From Candidatus Poribacteria bacterium (GTDB lineage: Bacteria; Poribacteria; WGA-4E; WGA-3G), in NCBI GenBank assembly GCA_965205015.1, contig OZ242029.1, forward strand, positions 3,424,001 to 3,488,000: DNA of 64,000 nt, given 5' to 3'. Numbering within the stretch: position 1 is the first letter of the stretch; every line of letters begins with the position of its first letter. Shown piece by piece: positions 28,663-38,177 of this stretch. A program made the translations under genes and the position numbers. The notes under the pieces were generated by a model. The model made no database searches, was not told the DNA's origin, and saw only the letters and a list, made by a program, of their open reading frames with translations.

Positions 28663-29712
28663 GTGTCTATACCACAACTGCCCGTTCCTTCACATTTCGA
28701 TGTTGATCAGGTGAGCCAAGTCTGGCGGATTCCGTATCAAGAACGCCAAGGTGAGGCACAGGCATGGGCACAGGAGCATGCAATCCGTCCCGCATTCGAG
28801 GATAACTTTCGGACCTGCTTGCTGCTTGTTGATGTCCAAAATACATTCTGTATCCCCGATTATGAGCTCTTCGTCGGGGGTAGGTCAGGAAATGGTGCGG
28901 TAGAAGACAATATCCGTTTGTGTCAATTTATCTATCGTAACCTCTCGCGTATCACCAAAATCGCTTGCACGCTGGACACACATACAGCGATGCAGATATT
29001 CCACGAGGTCTTCTGGATTAACGATGCCGGTGAGCACCCAGCCCCTCTACAGACACTGATGACACAGGCTGATATTGAGGCAGGCAAATGGCGCGTCAAT
29101 CCGGCTGTCGTCGGTAGTCTAAATCTCCCGCCCCAAGTTCCGGAATCCAATCCATACGCATGGTTAAAGGCGTACGGTGAACACTACGTTAAAACCCTCA
29201 CCGCCGATGGCAAGTATCCACTCGCGATATGGCCCTACCATGCAATGCTCGGCGGGATTGGGCATGCGGTTGTCTCTGCGGTTGACGAAGCCTGCTTTTT
29301 CCACGCCATCGCTCGCAGGACGCAAATACATTATGAGATCAAAGGGCAGAATCCATTGACTGAAAACTATTCCGTCTTGCGTCCGGAAGTCTTGGATGAT
29401 CCTGATGGAATGCCGATTGATCGAAAAAACAGTGCCTTTCTCCAAACGCTTCTCGGATACGACCGCGTAATTATCGCTGGACAGGCAAAGAGCCACTGTG
29501 TCGCTTGGACGGTTAGCGATCTGCTTACAGAAATTCAGCAAACGGACACGGAATTAGCCAAGAAAATCTATCTGGTAGAGGACCTGACTTCACCCGTTGT
29601 TGTGCCTGGGATCGTGGACTACACAGAACCTGCAGACGAAGTTTTCGCCAAGGTTTCAGATGCCGGAATGCACGTGGTGCAATCAACTGAACCGATTGAG
29701 CGTTGGACTTAG
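28663..29712 (+). CDS. Isochorismatase/nicotinamidase-like cysteine hydrolase
   Basis: LLLVDVQNTF, LDTH, WPYHAM, KG..LTENYS, GQAKSHCV. Confidence 0.85.
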   Translation: MSIPQLPVPSHFDVDQVSQVWRIPYQERQGEAQAWAQEHAIRPAFEDNFRTCLLLVDVQNTFCIPDYELFVGGRSGNGAVEDNIRLCQFIYRNLSRITKIACTLDTHTAMQIFHEVFWINDAGEHPAPLQTLMTQADIEAGKWRVNPAVVGSLNLPPQVPESNPYAWLKAYGEHYVKTLTADGKYPLAIWPYHAMLGGIGHAVVSAVDEACFFHAIARRTQIHYEIKGQNPLTENYSVLRPEVLDDPDGMPIDRKNSAFLQTLLGYDRVIIAGQAKSHCVAWTVSDLLTEIQQTDTELAKKIYLVEDLTSPVVVPGIVDYTEPADEVFAKVSDAGMHVVQSTEPIERWT

Positions 29713-29770
29713 ACAAACAGTCGCGAAGCACCACGCGCGACGCCAGAACAAAATAGGGAGGAGATCCGCT

Positions 29771-31033
29771 ATGGAGAATAGACAGACAGAATTGGGAACC
29801 TTCGCGCGATTGTCAGGGATGATGTTTCTGCAGTTCGCGATATGGGGCGCGTGGGCAGTGCTCATTGCGGGGCACATGCAAAATCTTGGATTCTCCGGTA
29901 AACAGATTAGTTACGTCTTCGGGACGACTGCTATCGGTTCGATAATTTCTCCGATCATCGCGGGCTGGGTTGCCGATCGACTCATGCCGGCGCAAGTCTT
30001 TGCCGCGATCTCGCACCTCCTTGGCGGTGTCTGCTTGCTTTTCGCGTGGAAGCAGACAAGTTTCCCGATGATGTGGGGCGCAATTTTCCTGCACGCCGTT
30101 CTCTATATGCCAACGATCGCGCTGACGAACGCAATCGCTTTCCATCACATGGGACAGTCGGATAAGTTCGGAAACATACGCGTCTTCGGGACCCTCGGCT
30201 GGATCGCGATTAATTGGATATTGAGTCTATATCTCCGATTCTGGGAAGGACAAGAGACAACGCTGCCGCACGTTGGGGATTGCCTTCTCTTTGGAGCCGT
30301 CCTTTCGTTTATTATGGGCGCCTACTGCCTGACGCTGCCGAATACGCCGCCGAGCAAAGCGGCAAAAAATCCTTACGCCTTTCTTGAAGCGTTCTCCCTT
30401 GTTTCAAACCGAAACTTCGCCGTGCTACTGATTATCTCCTTTGTTGTTGCTATTGAACTCCCCTTCTATTACAATTTGACGTATCTGTTTCTAATCGAGG
30501 TAGAACACGGGGTTGGGTTAGCAGATAGTACTGCCAATTTAGCGATGAGCCTCGGTCAAGTCGCCGAAGTTCTCCTGATGATCCTTCTATTTCCGTGTCT
30601 GCGGCGGTTTGGCATGCGGTTCACTATCTTTCTGGGTATCCTCGCGTGGCCCGTTCGTTATGCCATCTTCGCCATTGGGCATCCGGTATGGTTGGTCGTC
30701 GGGGCGCAAACATTACACGGTATCTGTTACTCATTCTTCTTCGTCGGTGGGATGATCGCTGTGGAGCGGCTAAGTCCAAAAGATATCCGGGCGAGTTCGC
30801 AATCACTACTCCTCTTCGTCACGAATGGATTCGGGATGTTAGTAGGACATATTGTCAGCGGACGTGTTCATGACTTCTTTGCGTATGCCGAAGGTGGACA
30901 CGCGTGGGCAAAAATCTTTATGGTGCCGATCGTCGTAACAGTGCTTGCTGCAATCGTCTTCATTCTGCTATTCAACGAACAGAAATATCAGTCGGATGCA
31001 GATGCAATCGAACAAGACACTGCCAGCACGTAA
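29771..31033 (+). CDS. MFS nucleoside:H+ symporter (NupG/XapB/YegT-like)
   Basis: MMFLQFAIWGAW, YMPTIALTN, IRVFGTLGW; about 12 TM helices. Confidence 0.88.
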   Translation: MENRQTELGTFARLSGMMFLQFAIWGAWAVLIAGHMQNLGFSGKQISYVFGTTAIGSIISPIIAGWVADRLMPAQVFAAISHLLGGVCLLFAWKQTSFPMMWGAIFLHAVLYMPTIALTNAIAFHHMGQSDKFGNIRVFGTLGWIAINWILSLYLRFWEGQETTLPHVGDCLLFGAVLSFIMGAYCLTLPNTPPSKAAKNPYAFLEAFSLVSNRNFAVLLIISFVVAIELPFYYNLTYLFLIEVEHGVGLADSTANLAMSLGQVAEVLLMILLFPCLRRFGMRFTIFLGILAWPVRYAIFAIGHPVWLVVGAQTLHGICYSFFFVGGMIAVERLSPKDIRASSQSLLLFVTNGFGMLVGHIVSGRVHDFFAYAEGGHAWAKIFMVPIVVTVLAAIVFILLFNEQKYQSDADAIEQDTAST

Positions 31034-31046
31034 TTGAGGTGACGTT

Positions 31047-32735
31047 ATGACAACTCACAAAACGCTCGAGTTTCATCCCACTGGGAGCCGCTTAACGGTG
31101 TCAGCACATCAGAATTGGCGCATCACCGTCTCCACTCATGCTACCGCTTCTGAAAAATACGCCGCCGAAGAGTTCCAAAAATGGTTTAACCAAGCAACCC
31201 GGTTGGCGTTACCTTTAGATACCACGGACAAGGGCGGGCAAATCACAATCGGCGCCTCCCCTACGCTGGGCGCTGAAGCCCTCGAAATCACTGTGGATGA
31301 CAGTCGGATTCAGATTAGGGGGGGCAAACCGCGGGGGGTACTCTACGCTGTGTATCAGTTTCTTGAAGAATTGGTCGGCATCCGGTTCTTAACTGCTGAT
31401 CATGCTTATATCCCCGATGCATCTACCCTGCGAATACCGTGTGGAAGTTACGTCTACTCCCCACCTTTTTCGTTCCGGTGGAGTTACTACCGAGAGAACT
31501 CGGAAGTCCCGGCATTCGCGGCGAAACGAAAAATTAACACCGTCACGGATGCAGAGAACCTCGGTGGGAAAACCCAACAGCAGCTGATCAACCATTCATT
31601 TCATGCATTAGTGCCTTACAACACGTATGGCAAAAGTCATCCTGAGTATTACGCCCTCGTAGACGGAAAACGGGATACGGATACACACGGCGGCGGACCC
31701 CAGTTGTGCGTAACGAATCCGGATGTTATTGAAATTGCTGCGGAATCCGCAATTCAGCAACTCACAGAACGTCCGGAAGCCACGAATATCAGTGTGAGTC
31801 AAGCCGATACGGCGGCCTATTGTCGGTGTGAACCGTGTGAGGCACTCAATGAAGCGGAAGGCTCGCCAATGGGATCACAGTTGACATTTGTCAATGCCGT
31901 CGCAGCGCGGATTGAGAAAGTGCATCCGCAGGTCAAGGTCGGTACCTTGGCGTATTGGTACACCCGCAAACCCCCGAAGACGGTGACACCCCGACACAAC
32001 GTGCAAGTTCAACTCTGTAGTATTGAATGTTGTACCCTTCATGCTATTGACAACCCCGACTGTGAGCAAAATCAAGCCTTCTGTCAAGATACGATTGCGT
32101 GGGGAAAAATCTGTGACGACATCTGGATCTGGAATTATAACACCAATTTCCGAGCCTACGATTTGCCGTTTCCAAATCTGCGGAGTATTGCTCCCAATGT
32201 CCGTTATTTTTTACGGAACAACGCCAAAGGCGTCTTCATGCAGGCAAACGGCAATGGGTTAACAGGTGAATTTTCCGATCTACGGAATTACCTAATCTCA
32301 CACCTCATCTGGAACCCATACCTTGATGCTGATGCGCTCTTAACCGAATTTGTAAATCTCCATTACGAAGCCGCTGCACCTCCGATCTTGGCGTATATCA
32401 CCTTCCTTCACGAGAACGTTGAGGCGAGAGGTCTTCATCCGCGGTGCTTCCCAACGCCGGAAGACGTTGGTTTAGACGCGGAAAGCACACGGGTTATTTT
32501 TGACCATTTTCAGCAGGCGTTAGCACTTGCTGAGAAGCCAGAAATCCGGGCGCGTGTGGAAAAAGCCTCCATCCCTGCCTACAAAGCGATGCTTGTTGCT
32601 GGCGGCGAGATGCCATCTCAGAAACGGCAAACGCTGATTGAGGACTATATCGTGTTGTGCGAACGCTACAACATGTCGCACGCTGCAGAAACGCAAACGG
32701 CAGAAGCGTATTTCGAGGAACTCCGCAACCAGTGA
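31047..32735 (+). CDS. DUF4838-family glycoside-hydrolase-like protein
   Basis: RGVLYAVYQFLE..GIRFL, HPEYYAL, QLCVTNP, LAYWYTRKPP. Confidence 0.75.
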   Translation: MTTHKTLEFHPTGSRLTVSAHQNWRITVSTHATASEKYAAEEFQKWFNQATRLALPLDTTDKGGQITIGASPTLGAEALEITVDDSRIQIRGGKPRGVLYAVYQFLEELVGIRFLTADHAYIPDASTLRIPCGSYVYSPPFSFRWSYYRENSEVPAFAAKRKINTVTDAENLGGKTQQQLINHSFHALVPYNTYGKSHPEYYALVDGKRDTDTHGGGPQLCVTNPDVIEIAAESAIQQLTERPEATNISVSQADTAAYCRCEPCEALNEAEGSPMGSQLTFVNAVAARIEKVHPQVKVGTLAYWYTRKPPKTVTPRHNVQVQLCSIECCTLHAIDNPDCEQNQAFCQDTIAWGKICDDIWIWNYNTNFRAYDLPFPNLRSIAPNVRYFLRNNAKGVFMQANGNGLTGEFSDLRNYLISHLIWNPYLDADALLTEFVNLHYEAAAPPILAYITFLHENVEARGLHPRCFPTPEDVGLDAESTRVIFDHFQQALALAEKPEIRARVEKASIPAYKAMLVAGGEMPSQKRQTLIEDYIVLCERYNMSHAAETQTAEAYFEELRNQ

Positions 32736-32818
32736 TATCATTTCATCGGACTGCTTTGCAGTGAGAACCTTCCATCCCCTGCTGATTGCTGATCGCTGAT
32801 TGCCGACTGCCATTAAAA

Positions 32819-35647
32819 ATGTTTGATTTCCGAACTCCACTCTTCCTAATTCTACTTGTGGCGATTCCTGTGCTAATCTTTGTGCAGCGGGGCGCGCACC
32901 TCAGCACAGCAAAGTGGCGAAAGCGCGCAACCTTCTTTCTTAGGGGCGCTGCCCTTTTCTGCGCCATCCTCGCCTTAGCCAACCTACACCGGACGCACAC
33001 GCAACAACAGCTCACTGTTGTCTTCCTCATTGACATTTCCGAAAGCATCCGGCCCACACAGTACGAAAAAGTACTCACACAGATAGACACCACTGTCGCA
33101 CACTTAAAACCGACTGACACATTCGGTATTATCAGTTTTGCAAGAGAAGTTAGGGTCCTACTGGAAATCCGTCAGAAGCAAGATCAACCGACGGAAATCG
33201 CGCCTATACTATCTTTGGAAACACTTGCAGAACAGACGATCCGGCGAGATGGCACCGATGTACTGACCGCACTCAAGCGCGCAATCGCCCTATTACCGGA
33301 CACCTATCATCGACGGGTCGTCCTATTTAGCGATGGGATCCACAACACCGGTGGAACATCCCTCAGAGACTATCTGCCGTTGCTCTCGGCAAGCGGTGCC
33401 GAAATATTAACGATACCGTTTAGCACTGTTAACGATGCCGTCCGGGTAGTGCAGTTGCAGGTACCGTCTCAGGTCCGCAAAGGACAAAGCTTTGAAATTG
33501 GTGCGGTCATTGAAACCGATGGCAGTATCCCTACCTTAACCGCCACCCTCTATCACGATGGCAAGTCAGCTGAGGCGTTTGAATGGACATTGCCAAGCGG
33601 TATACATTCCCTTTCCTTAACCAGGGGGCAGCTTTTAGAGGAGAGAAACCATCGATATACGTTGAGACTGCACATAACCGATGAAATCCCCGAAAATAAT
33701 CAGGGGCATGGGATTGTGGCAATTCAGGGCAAACCGCACGCCCTATACGTAGAAGGAGATCTGGCACCCGCTGCAGTTTCCCCAGCCCCGGTCGGTGCGG
33801 TTTCTAACCGAAAGCTGAAGCCATCCCACCCGTTACTGGGAAGGGGCACCGGACATAGTGCTGAAGTGAAGACTGTCCTTGAAGAGAACGGCTTCATCGT
33901 CGAAGCGATATCTCCGGCAGAGATGCCAGCGGAACTCGTAGAACTCCAACGCAGCCATGTCCTGATTCTGAGCAATGTGTCTGCAGAGACACTCTCATCT
34001 GAACAGTTGCAGAGCATCGAAAATTACGTCCGGGACCTCGGACATGGATTAGTGGTTATCGGTGGGGAACGCGCATACGGACCCGGCGGCTATACCGATA
34101 CGGCGTTGGCGCGCGCGTTACCCGTGGAAATGACACCTCGTGAACGCAAAGACGCCGTCGCAATTGTTTTCGTGCTTGATACATCGGGGAGTATGGCAAA
34201 CTACGTTGAGGCGCGGCAGAAGATTGGACTCGCAATTGAAGGGGTTCGCGCCGGCATCCGGAATCTTGATGCGGAAGATGCGGCAGGAATTCTCGGTTTC
34301 AATGTCGCTGTTCACACTATTTCCGACCTTACCTCTGATCACGAGGCACTCCGCCAAACCGTGAGTCGGCTGAGACCGACAGGCGGCACCACGAAGATGG
34401 AAGCGGCTACAGAACACGCCTACGAGATGCTCAAAGCAAACAGTGCGAAACGGAAGCACATCGTTCTCTTATCAGACGGCAAATCTGATGGGGACGCCTC
34501 CGCTTTCTTTGACTTAGCCGAACAGATTGCTGAAGCACAGATCGGCATCACAACGATCGCGATAGGTGATGCAAACAGGGAACGCCTCACGCGGTTCGCG
34601 GAGAACGGTGGCGGACGTGCAGTCTTTGTGGAAAATATTCAGCAATTGCCAGCGATTTTAACGGAAGCCGTCCGAAAGACGCAGCGTTACATCGTTCAAG
34701 AACCCTTTCAACCCGTTATTAAGGCGACAAATGAATCAATTGTAGCGGGTATCGAGGTGCTACCACCGCTTCATGGGTATGTTGCGACGAGTGAAAAGGA
34801 GACTGCACAGGTGTTCATCCAGTCGCATAAAGATGAACCGATCCTTGCGGGTTGGAATGTGGGTTTGGGGAAGGCGATCGCGTGGACATCGGACGCGAAA
34901 CCGGCATGGGCAAAGGAGTGGATTCCGTGGCGCAACTTCGGAAAATTTTGGGGACAGGTTATCAATTGGACACTCCCCGCAGCAGACGCCGGCTCCGACT
35001 TCGATCTCAGGGTATCCATGCACCACGGCGTGGCGGAAGTTAACATTGATACACGCACCGCATCAGAAGCGTCTTACAGGGTACAGGTCGTAGGTCCAGA
35101 TCTCGCAAACCAGCGTGTTGAAATCCGACAGGTTACACCGACACGTTATAACGGCACATTTCGGACGCAGGACAGTGGATCCTATATCATCACGGCTGAG
35201 CGTGAGGGTGATGGACGTAGAAGCGTTGAAACCGTATCGCTCCCTTATCCAGCAGAATACGCCGAGTTTCAGGTCGATACCGCCTCGCTCAGGATGCTCG
35301 CCGCTGGCACCGCTGGTATTTATGAACCGACACCCGTCCAAATAGCAGCACCGGCTGGAACACCAATGGAAAGTCAGGCTTCACTTGCCCAAGCACTGCT
35401 GGTTGTCGCCGCCATTCTGTTCGTGTTGGAGATGATCCTCCGCCGTTTCAGCGTAACAAATCGGTATCTCACAGCGTTTCTCACTCGGTTCCACGGAAAG
35501 CCAGATGATCTCGTAGGGGCGGGGTTACCCCACCCACCAGCAGCGGCGATGTCTTCAACCGAACGTGATACAGAAAACACAGCTCCTCTACAGCCAACAG
35601 AGACTTCAATGACGCGACTCTTAGCCGCAAAAAGACGGGCGCGTTGA
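32819..35647 (+). CDS. Membrane protein with two VWA domains and a GATase-like (DUF1355-like) domain
   Basis: DISES and DTSGS MIDAS motifs, LFSDG/LLSDG, GLVVIGG..YGPGGY, GLGKAIAWTSD. Confidence 0.85.
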   Translation: MFDFRTPLFLILLVAIPVLIFVQRGAHLSTAKWRKRATFFLRGAALFCAILALANLHRTHTQQQLTVVFLIDISESIRPTQYEKVLTQIDTTVAHLKPTDTFGIISFAREVRVLLEIRQKQDQPTEIAPILSLETLAEQTIRRDGTDVLTALKRAIALLPDTYHRRVVLFSDGIHNTGGTSLRDYLPLLSASGAEILTIPFSTVNDAVRVVQLQVPSQVRKGQSFEIGAVIETDGSIPTLTATLYHDGKSAEAFEWTLPSGIHSLSLTRGQLLEERNHRYTLRLHITDEIPENNQGHGIVAIQGKPHALYVEGDLAPAAVSPAPVGAVSNRKLKPSHPLLGRGTGHSAEVKTVLEENGFIVEAISPAEMPAELVELQRSHVLILSNVSAETLSSEQLQSIENYVRDLGHGLVVIGGERAYGPGGYTDTALARALPVEMTPRERKDAVAIVFVLDTSGSMANYVEARQKIGLAIEGVRAGIRNLDAEDAAGILGFNVAVHTISDLTSDHEALRQTVSRLRPTGGTTKMEAATEHAYEMLKANSAKRKHIVLLSDGKSDGDASAFFDLAEQIAEAQIGITTIAIGDANRERLTRFAENGGGRAVFVENIQQLPAILTEAVRKTQRYIVQEPFQPVIKATNESIVAGIEVLPPLHGYVATSEKETAQVFIQSHKDEPILAGWNVGLGKAIAWTSDAKPAWAKEWIPWRNFGKFWGQVINWTLPAADAGSDFDLRVSMHHGVAEVNIDTRTASEASYRVQVVGPDLANQRVEIRQVTPTRYNGTFRTQDSGSYIITAEREGDGRRSVETVSLPYPAEYAEFQVDTASLRMLAAGTAGIYEPTPVQIAAPAGTPMESQASLAQALLVVAAILFVLEMILRRFSVTNRYLTAFLTRFHGKPDDLVGAGLPHPPAAAMSSTERDTENTAPLQPTETSMTRLLAAKRRAR

Positions 35648-35727
35648 TGCTGTTGTCAGTTGATAATACTGCGGTAAAATTTCGATGCCAGCATTTCCAA
35701 TTGAGTCTCATCTGCATCGGTAAATAT

Positions 35728-36627
35728 TCAAGGTGTGTATGTCATTGCACAACGAAACCCTACGCTGAAGTATGCTTCTGAGGGAGACATTGTGACGCGA
35801 GAGGCACAACGCACAGACGCTGCTTTACTTGCCCAAGAACCACCGCGAAACACGCGGTTGCCGTCGACATTTGTGAAATTATCCATGAGCCAATCTGGCA
35901 CGTTTACACTGCTGTTAACAGGAAAAGAATCATAGGGACCGAATTCGTGTTCATCTAAACACCACTCCCACACATTACCTGCCATATCATATAAGCCATA
36001 AGCGTTCGGGCCATCGTTTGAGAAGCTACCAATAATCGTGGTATCGCCAATATTATTATTGTAGTTAGCATCTCTATCAGTAATCTTATTACCCCACGGA
36101 TACTTCTTTCCTTTTAAGCCTCCGCGTGCAGCGCGTTCCCATTCAGCCTCTGTCGGCAAACGCTTTCCTGCCCACTTCGCGTAAGCCATTGCTGCGTACC
36201 AACTGACATAAGTTACAGGATGATTATTTTTTCCGTCGGGATAGTTGGTTCCATTCCAGTTTGTTAGGTAATTGCCGTTATCTAATCTGTCATCAATATG
36301 TTCTTTTTGCCACTGAGAATTTTCAATGATAAATTGCTTGTATTCTGCATTAGTAATCTCGTTCCTGTCTATAAAAAAAGCATTAACATAAACAGTATAC
36401 ACTGGCTGTTCATCATTATGTGATGCATCTACGTAGTTAATTCCCATCTCAAATTCACCTGCGGGAATTAGCACCATGCCTTCTGGCACGAAGAGCGTAG
36501 TAGATTCATGATTATAGACGGTTTTCTTCTGCAAGGCATCGTTCTGGGAAAAGATGAATAATGCACTTGTGCCAAGAGCGGCGAATGCTATAACAATAAG
36601 GAGCCTATTTTTTTGTATAAGTGCCAT
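35728..36627 (-). CDS. FGE/SUMF1 (formylglycine-generating enzyme-like) domain protein, membrane-anchored
   Basis: IPAGEFEMG, RLPTEAEWERAARGG, GLYDMAGNVWEW, RGGSW, GFRCA. Confidence 0.9.
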   Translation of the reverse strand: MALIQKNRLLIVIAFAALGTSALFIFSQNDALQKKTVYNHESTTLFVPEGMVLIPAGEFEMGINYVDASHNDEQPVYTVYVNAFFIDRNEITNAEYKQFIIENSQWQKEHIDDRLDNGNYLTNWNGTNYPDGKNNHPVTYVSWYAAMAYAKWAGKRLPTEAEWERAARGGLKGKKYPWGNKITDRDANYNNNIGDTTIIGSFSNDGPNAYGLYDMAGNVWEWCLDEHEFGPYDSFPVNSSVNVPDWLMDNFTNVDGNRVFRGGSWASKAASVRCASRVTMSPSEAYFSVGFRCAMTYTP

Positions 36628-36848
36628 ATTCCGTCTTCTCTTACTTCTTTGTGTCCTGCTAACCTGCGTTGCCGAGCGTTGGAATTGGTTTTTAGGATGT
36701 GGTCTCTGACGAATTAAATTTGACGATTTCTTCCCAAAGCATGTTCCCCTCAGCATCGCAAAATTTCCTGAAATCTGCCTCTATGTAAGTAGTTATCAAG
36801 ATGATACCATACTTACGAGGAAAAAATTAAGTAAAAAGGTGTGAGCAG

Positions 36849-36916
36849 ACAGAGCCATTCAATTCTCTGGTAGGGGGGAACTCCGATTCCCGAACCCTCA
36901 AACTGAATGGCTCTGT
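36849..36916. repeat. Miniature inverted-repeat element with an internal GTAG REP
   Basis: ACAGAGCCATTCA ... TGAATGGCTCTGT, a 13-bp perfect inverted repeat. Confidence 0.7.
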
Positions 36917-36940
36917 GTAATTAGGAAAATGCCGCTCATT

Positions 36941-37294
36941 TCAATACCACGTATCGGTTGAGAGCGAGGCAACTGCAGTATCTTCATTCTCAAAATGCTC
37001 GAAGAGATGAATCAGCCGACTCCGGACGACCAGATTTCTGATGTTTCCGCCAACATTAATGATACCGATACGTCCCTTCTTCTGCTTTGCCTCGATATAC
37101 GCACGGACTAAGGCACCGAGACCGGAACTGTCTATCTTGTGAACGTGCGCGAAATTAATCAGAATACGCGCTGTATCCGTCGCGTTTACGCGTGAAATGA
37201 GTTCTTCTTGTAATTCTGACGCTGCGGTTCCTAAAATGTTCCCAGTGGGTTCCACGATAGGAATGCCGCCTTTCATTTGCATTAGAGTCGTCAT
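36941..37294 (-). CDS. STAS-domain anti-sigma factor antagonist
   Basis: INFAHVHKIDSSGLGALV motif; AAGGAG RBS. Confidence 0.9.
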   Translation of the reverse strand: MTTLMQMKGGIPIVEPTGNILGTAASELQEELISRVNATDTARILINFAHVHKIDSSGLGALVRAYIEAKQKKGRIGIINVGGNIRNLVVRSRLIHLFEHFENEDTAVASLSTDTWY

Positions 37295-37484
37295 AGGTTT
37301 TCTCCTTTAATTCGTATAATTCTTCGGTGTAATCCCAAAGATTCGGATGTGGATACCCGGGTGACACTTCGGGATACGGACACCGCTGAGCGGTAAGACG
37401 CGGTCTACTTTGGCGGGTGCCGCTGCTGTTATTTCATCGCCTAAGAACGCCGCCAGCATACCAAGATAATCAGAAACTTCACCG

Positions 37485-37766
37485 CTATGGTAACGCTTCT
37501 GTTTCTTCAGGCATCCTTTGTGTGTCATCGTTAGATAGGGGCATTTGCAATGTTTCAAACACTGCGATCTCTGTTAGGGGGTCAACTGCCTCCGCGGTGT
37601 GCTGCGCTTTCCTGTTCTCGAGCCGCTGCATCGCTGCGGCTCTCCGCGCCAATTCTTCTGTAATTTCCTGGCGGATGTACCAACGACAAAATTGGGCACC
37701 GACGACCAGTACAAAGAAAGTAACACCCACAAAAATCAATCGGTTTAAGAGAGCCTCACGGAACAT
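37485..37766 (-). CDS. Small membrane protein, possibly a truncated longer gene
   Basis: GGAGG RBS and an N-terminal TM helix. Downstream frames contain protein-like PYPEVSPGYP. Confidence 0.55.
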   Translation of the reverse strand: MFREALLNRLIFVGVTFFVLVVGAQFCRWYIRQEITEELARRAAAMQRLENRKAQHTAEAVDPLTEIAVFETLQMPLSNDDTQRMPEETEALP

Positions 37767-37805
37767 ACGTCACCTCCAGGTTCATATTCATTACCAACGT
37801 CTTAG

Positions 37806-37821
37806 GCAAGTTTTATGCCAA
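37806..37821 (-). promoter_or_regulatory. sigma-54 (-24/-12) promoter
   Basis: TTGGCATAAAACTTGC, a close match to TGGCAC-N5-TTGC. Confidence 0.8.
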
Positions 37822-38008
37822 TACCCTGAAAAATAGTATTTTCTGAGCCAAAACCGCTGACATCCCAAAGATATTTTCGCGATAGAGCGTCCCTAAACCC
37901 CGCGTATTCACAAGGTTTATCAACCCCCAAGCATAACCCTCTGACTTTCAATTTAAAATCTTGTTTTGCTGAAAAAAGTAGATAACTCTGGAATCCTCTG
38001 GCTATCGT

Positions 38009-38071
38009 TGACACGCAAAAATTGTAGGGTGACACGCAAAAATTGTAGGGTGACACGCAAAAATTGCGTCA
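38009..38071. repeat. Three 21-bp tandem units, likely enhancer (UAS) sites
   Basis: TGACACGCAAAAATTGTAGGG twice, then TGACACGCAAAAATTGCGTCA (palindromic ACGCAA-N3-TTGCGT). Confidence 0.8.
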
Positions 38072-38177
38072 CTGGGAACCCTCGCGCATATTGCGCGCGT
38101 TTTTTTCTTGTGGAAAAGAATGGGATGTGGTATTATCTTCTAACGTCGGATTCCGTTAGAGGAGTGAGGAGCGCCTT

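Noticed and set aside
35728-35860. FGE/C-type-lectin C-terminus as a diversity-generating retroelement target
   Set aside because: I found no template repeat and no reverse transcriptase in the window; a remote DGR cannot be excluded.
38009-38071. Possible CRISPR array
   Set aside because: The units are directly adjacent with no spacers and there are no cas genes; an enhancer explains it better.
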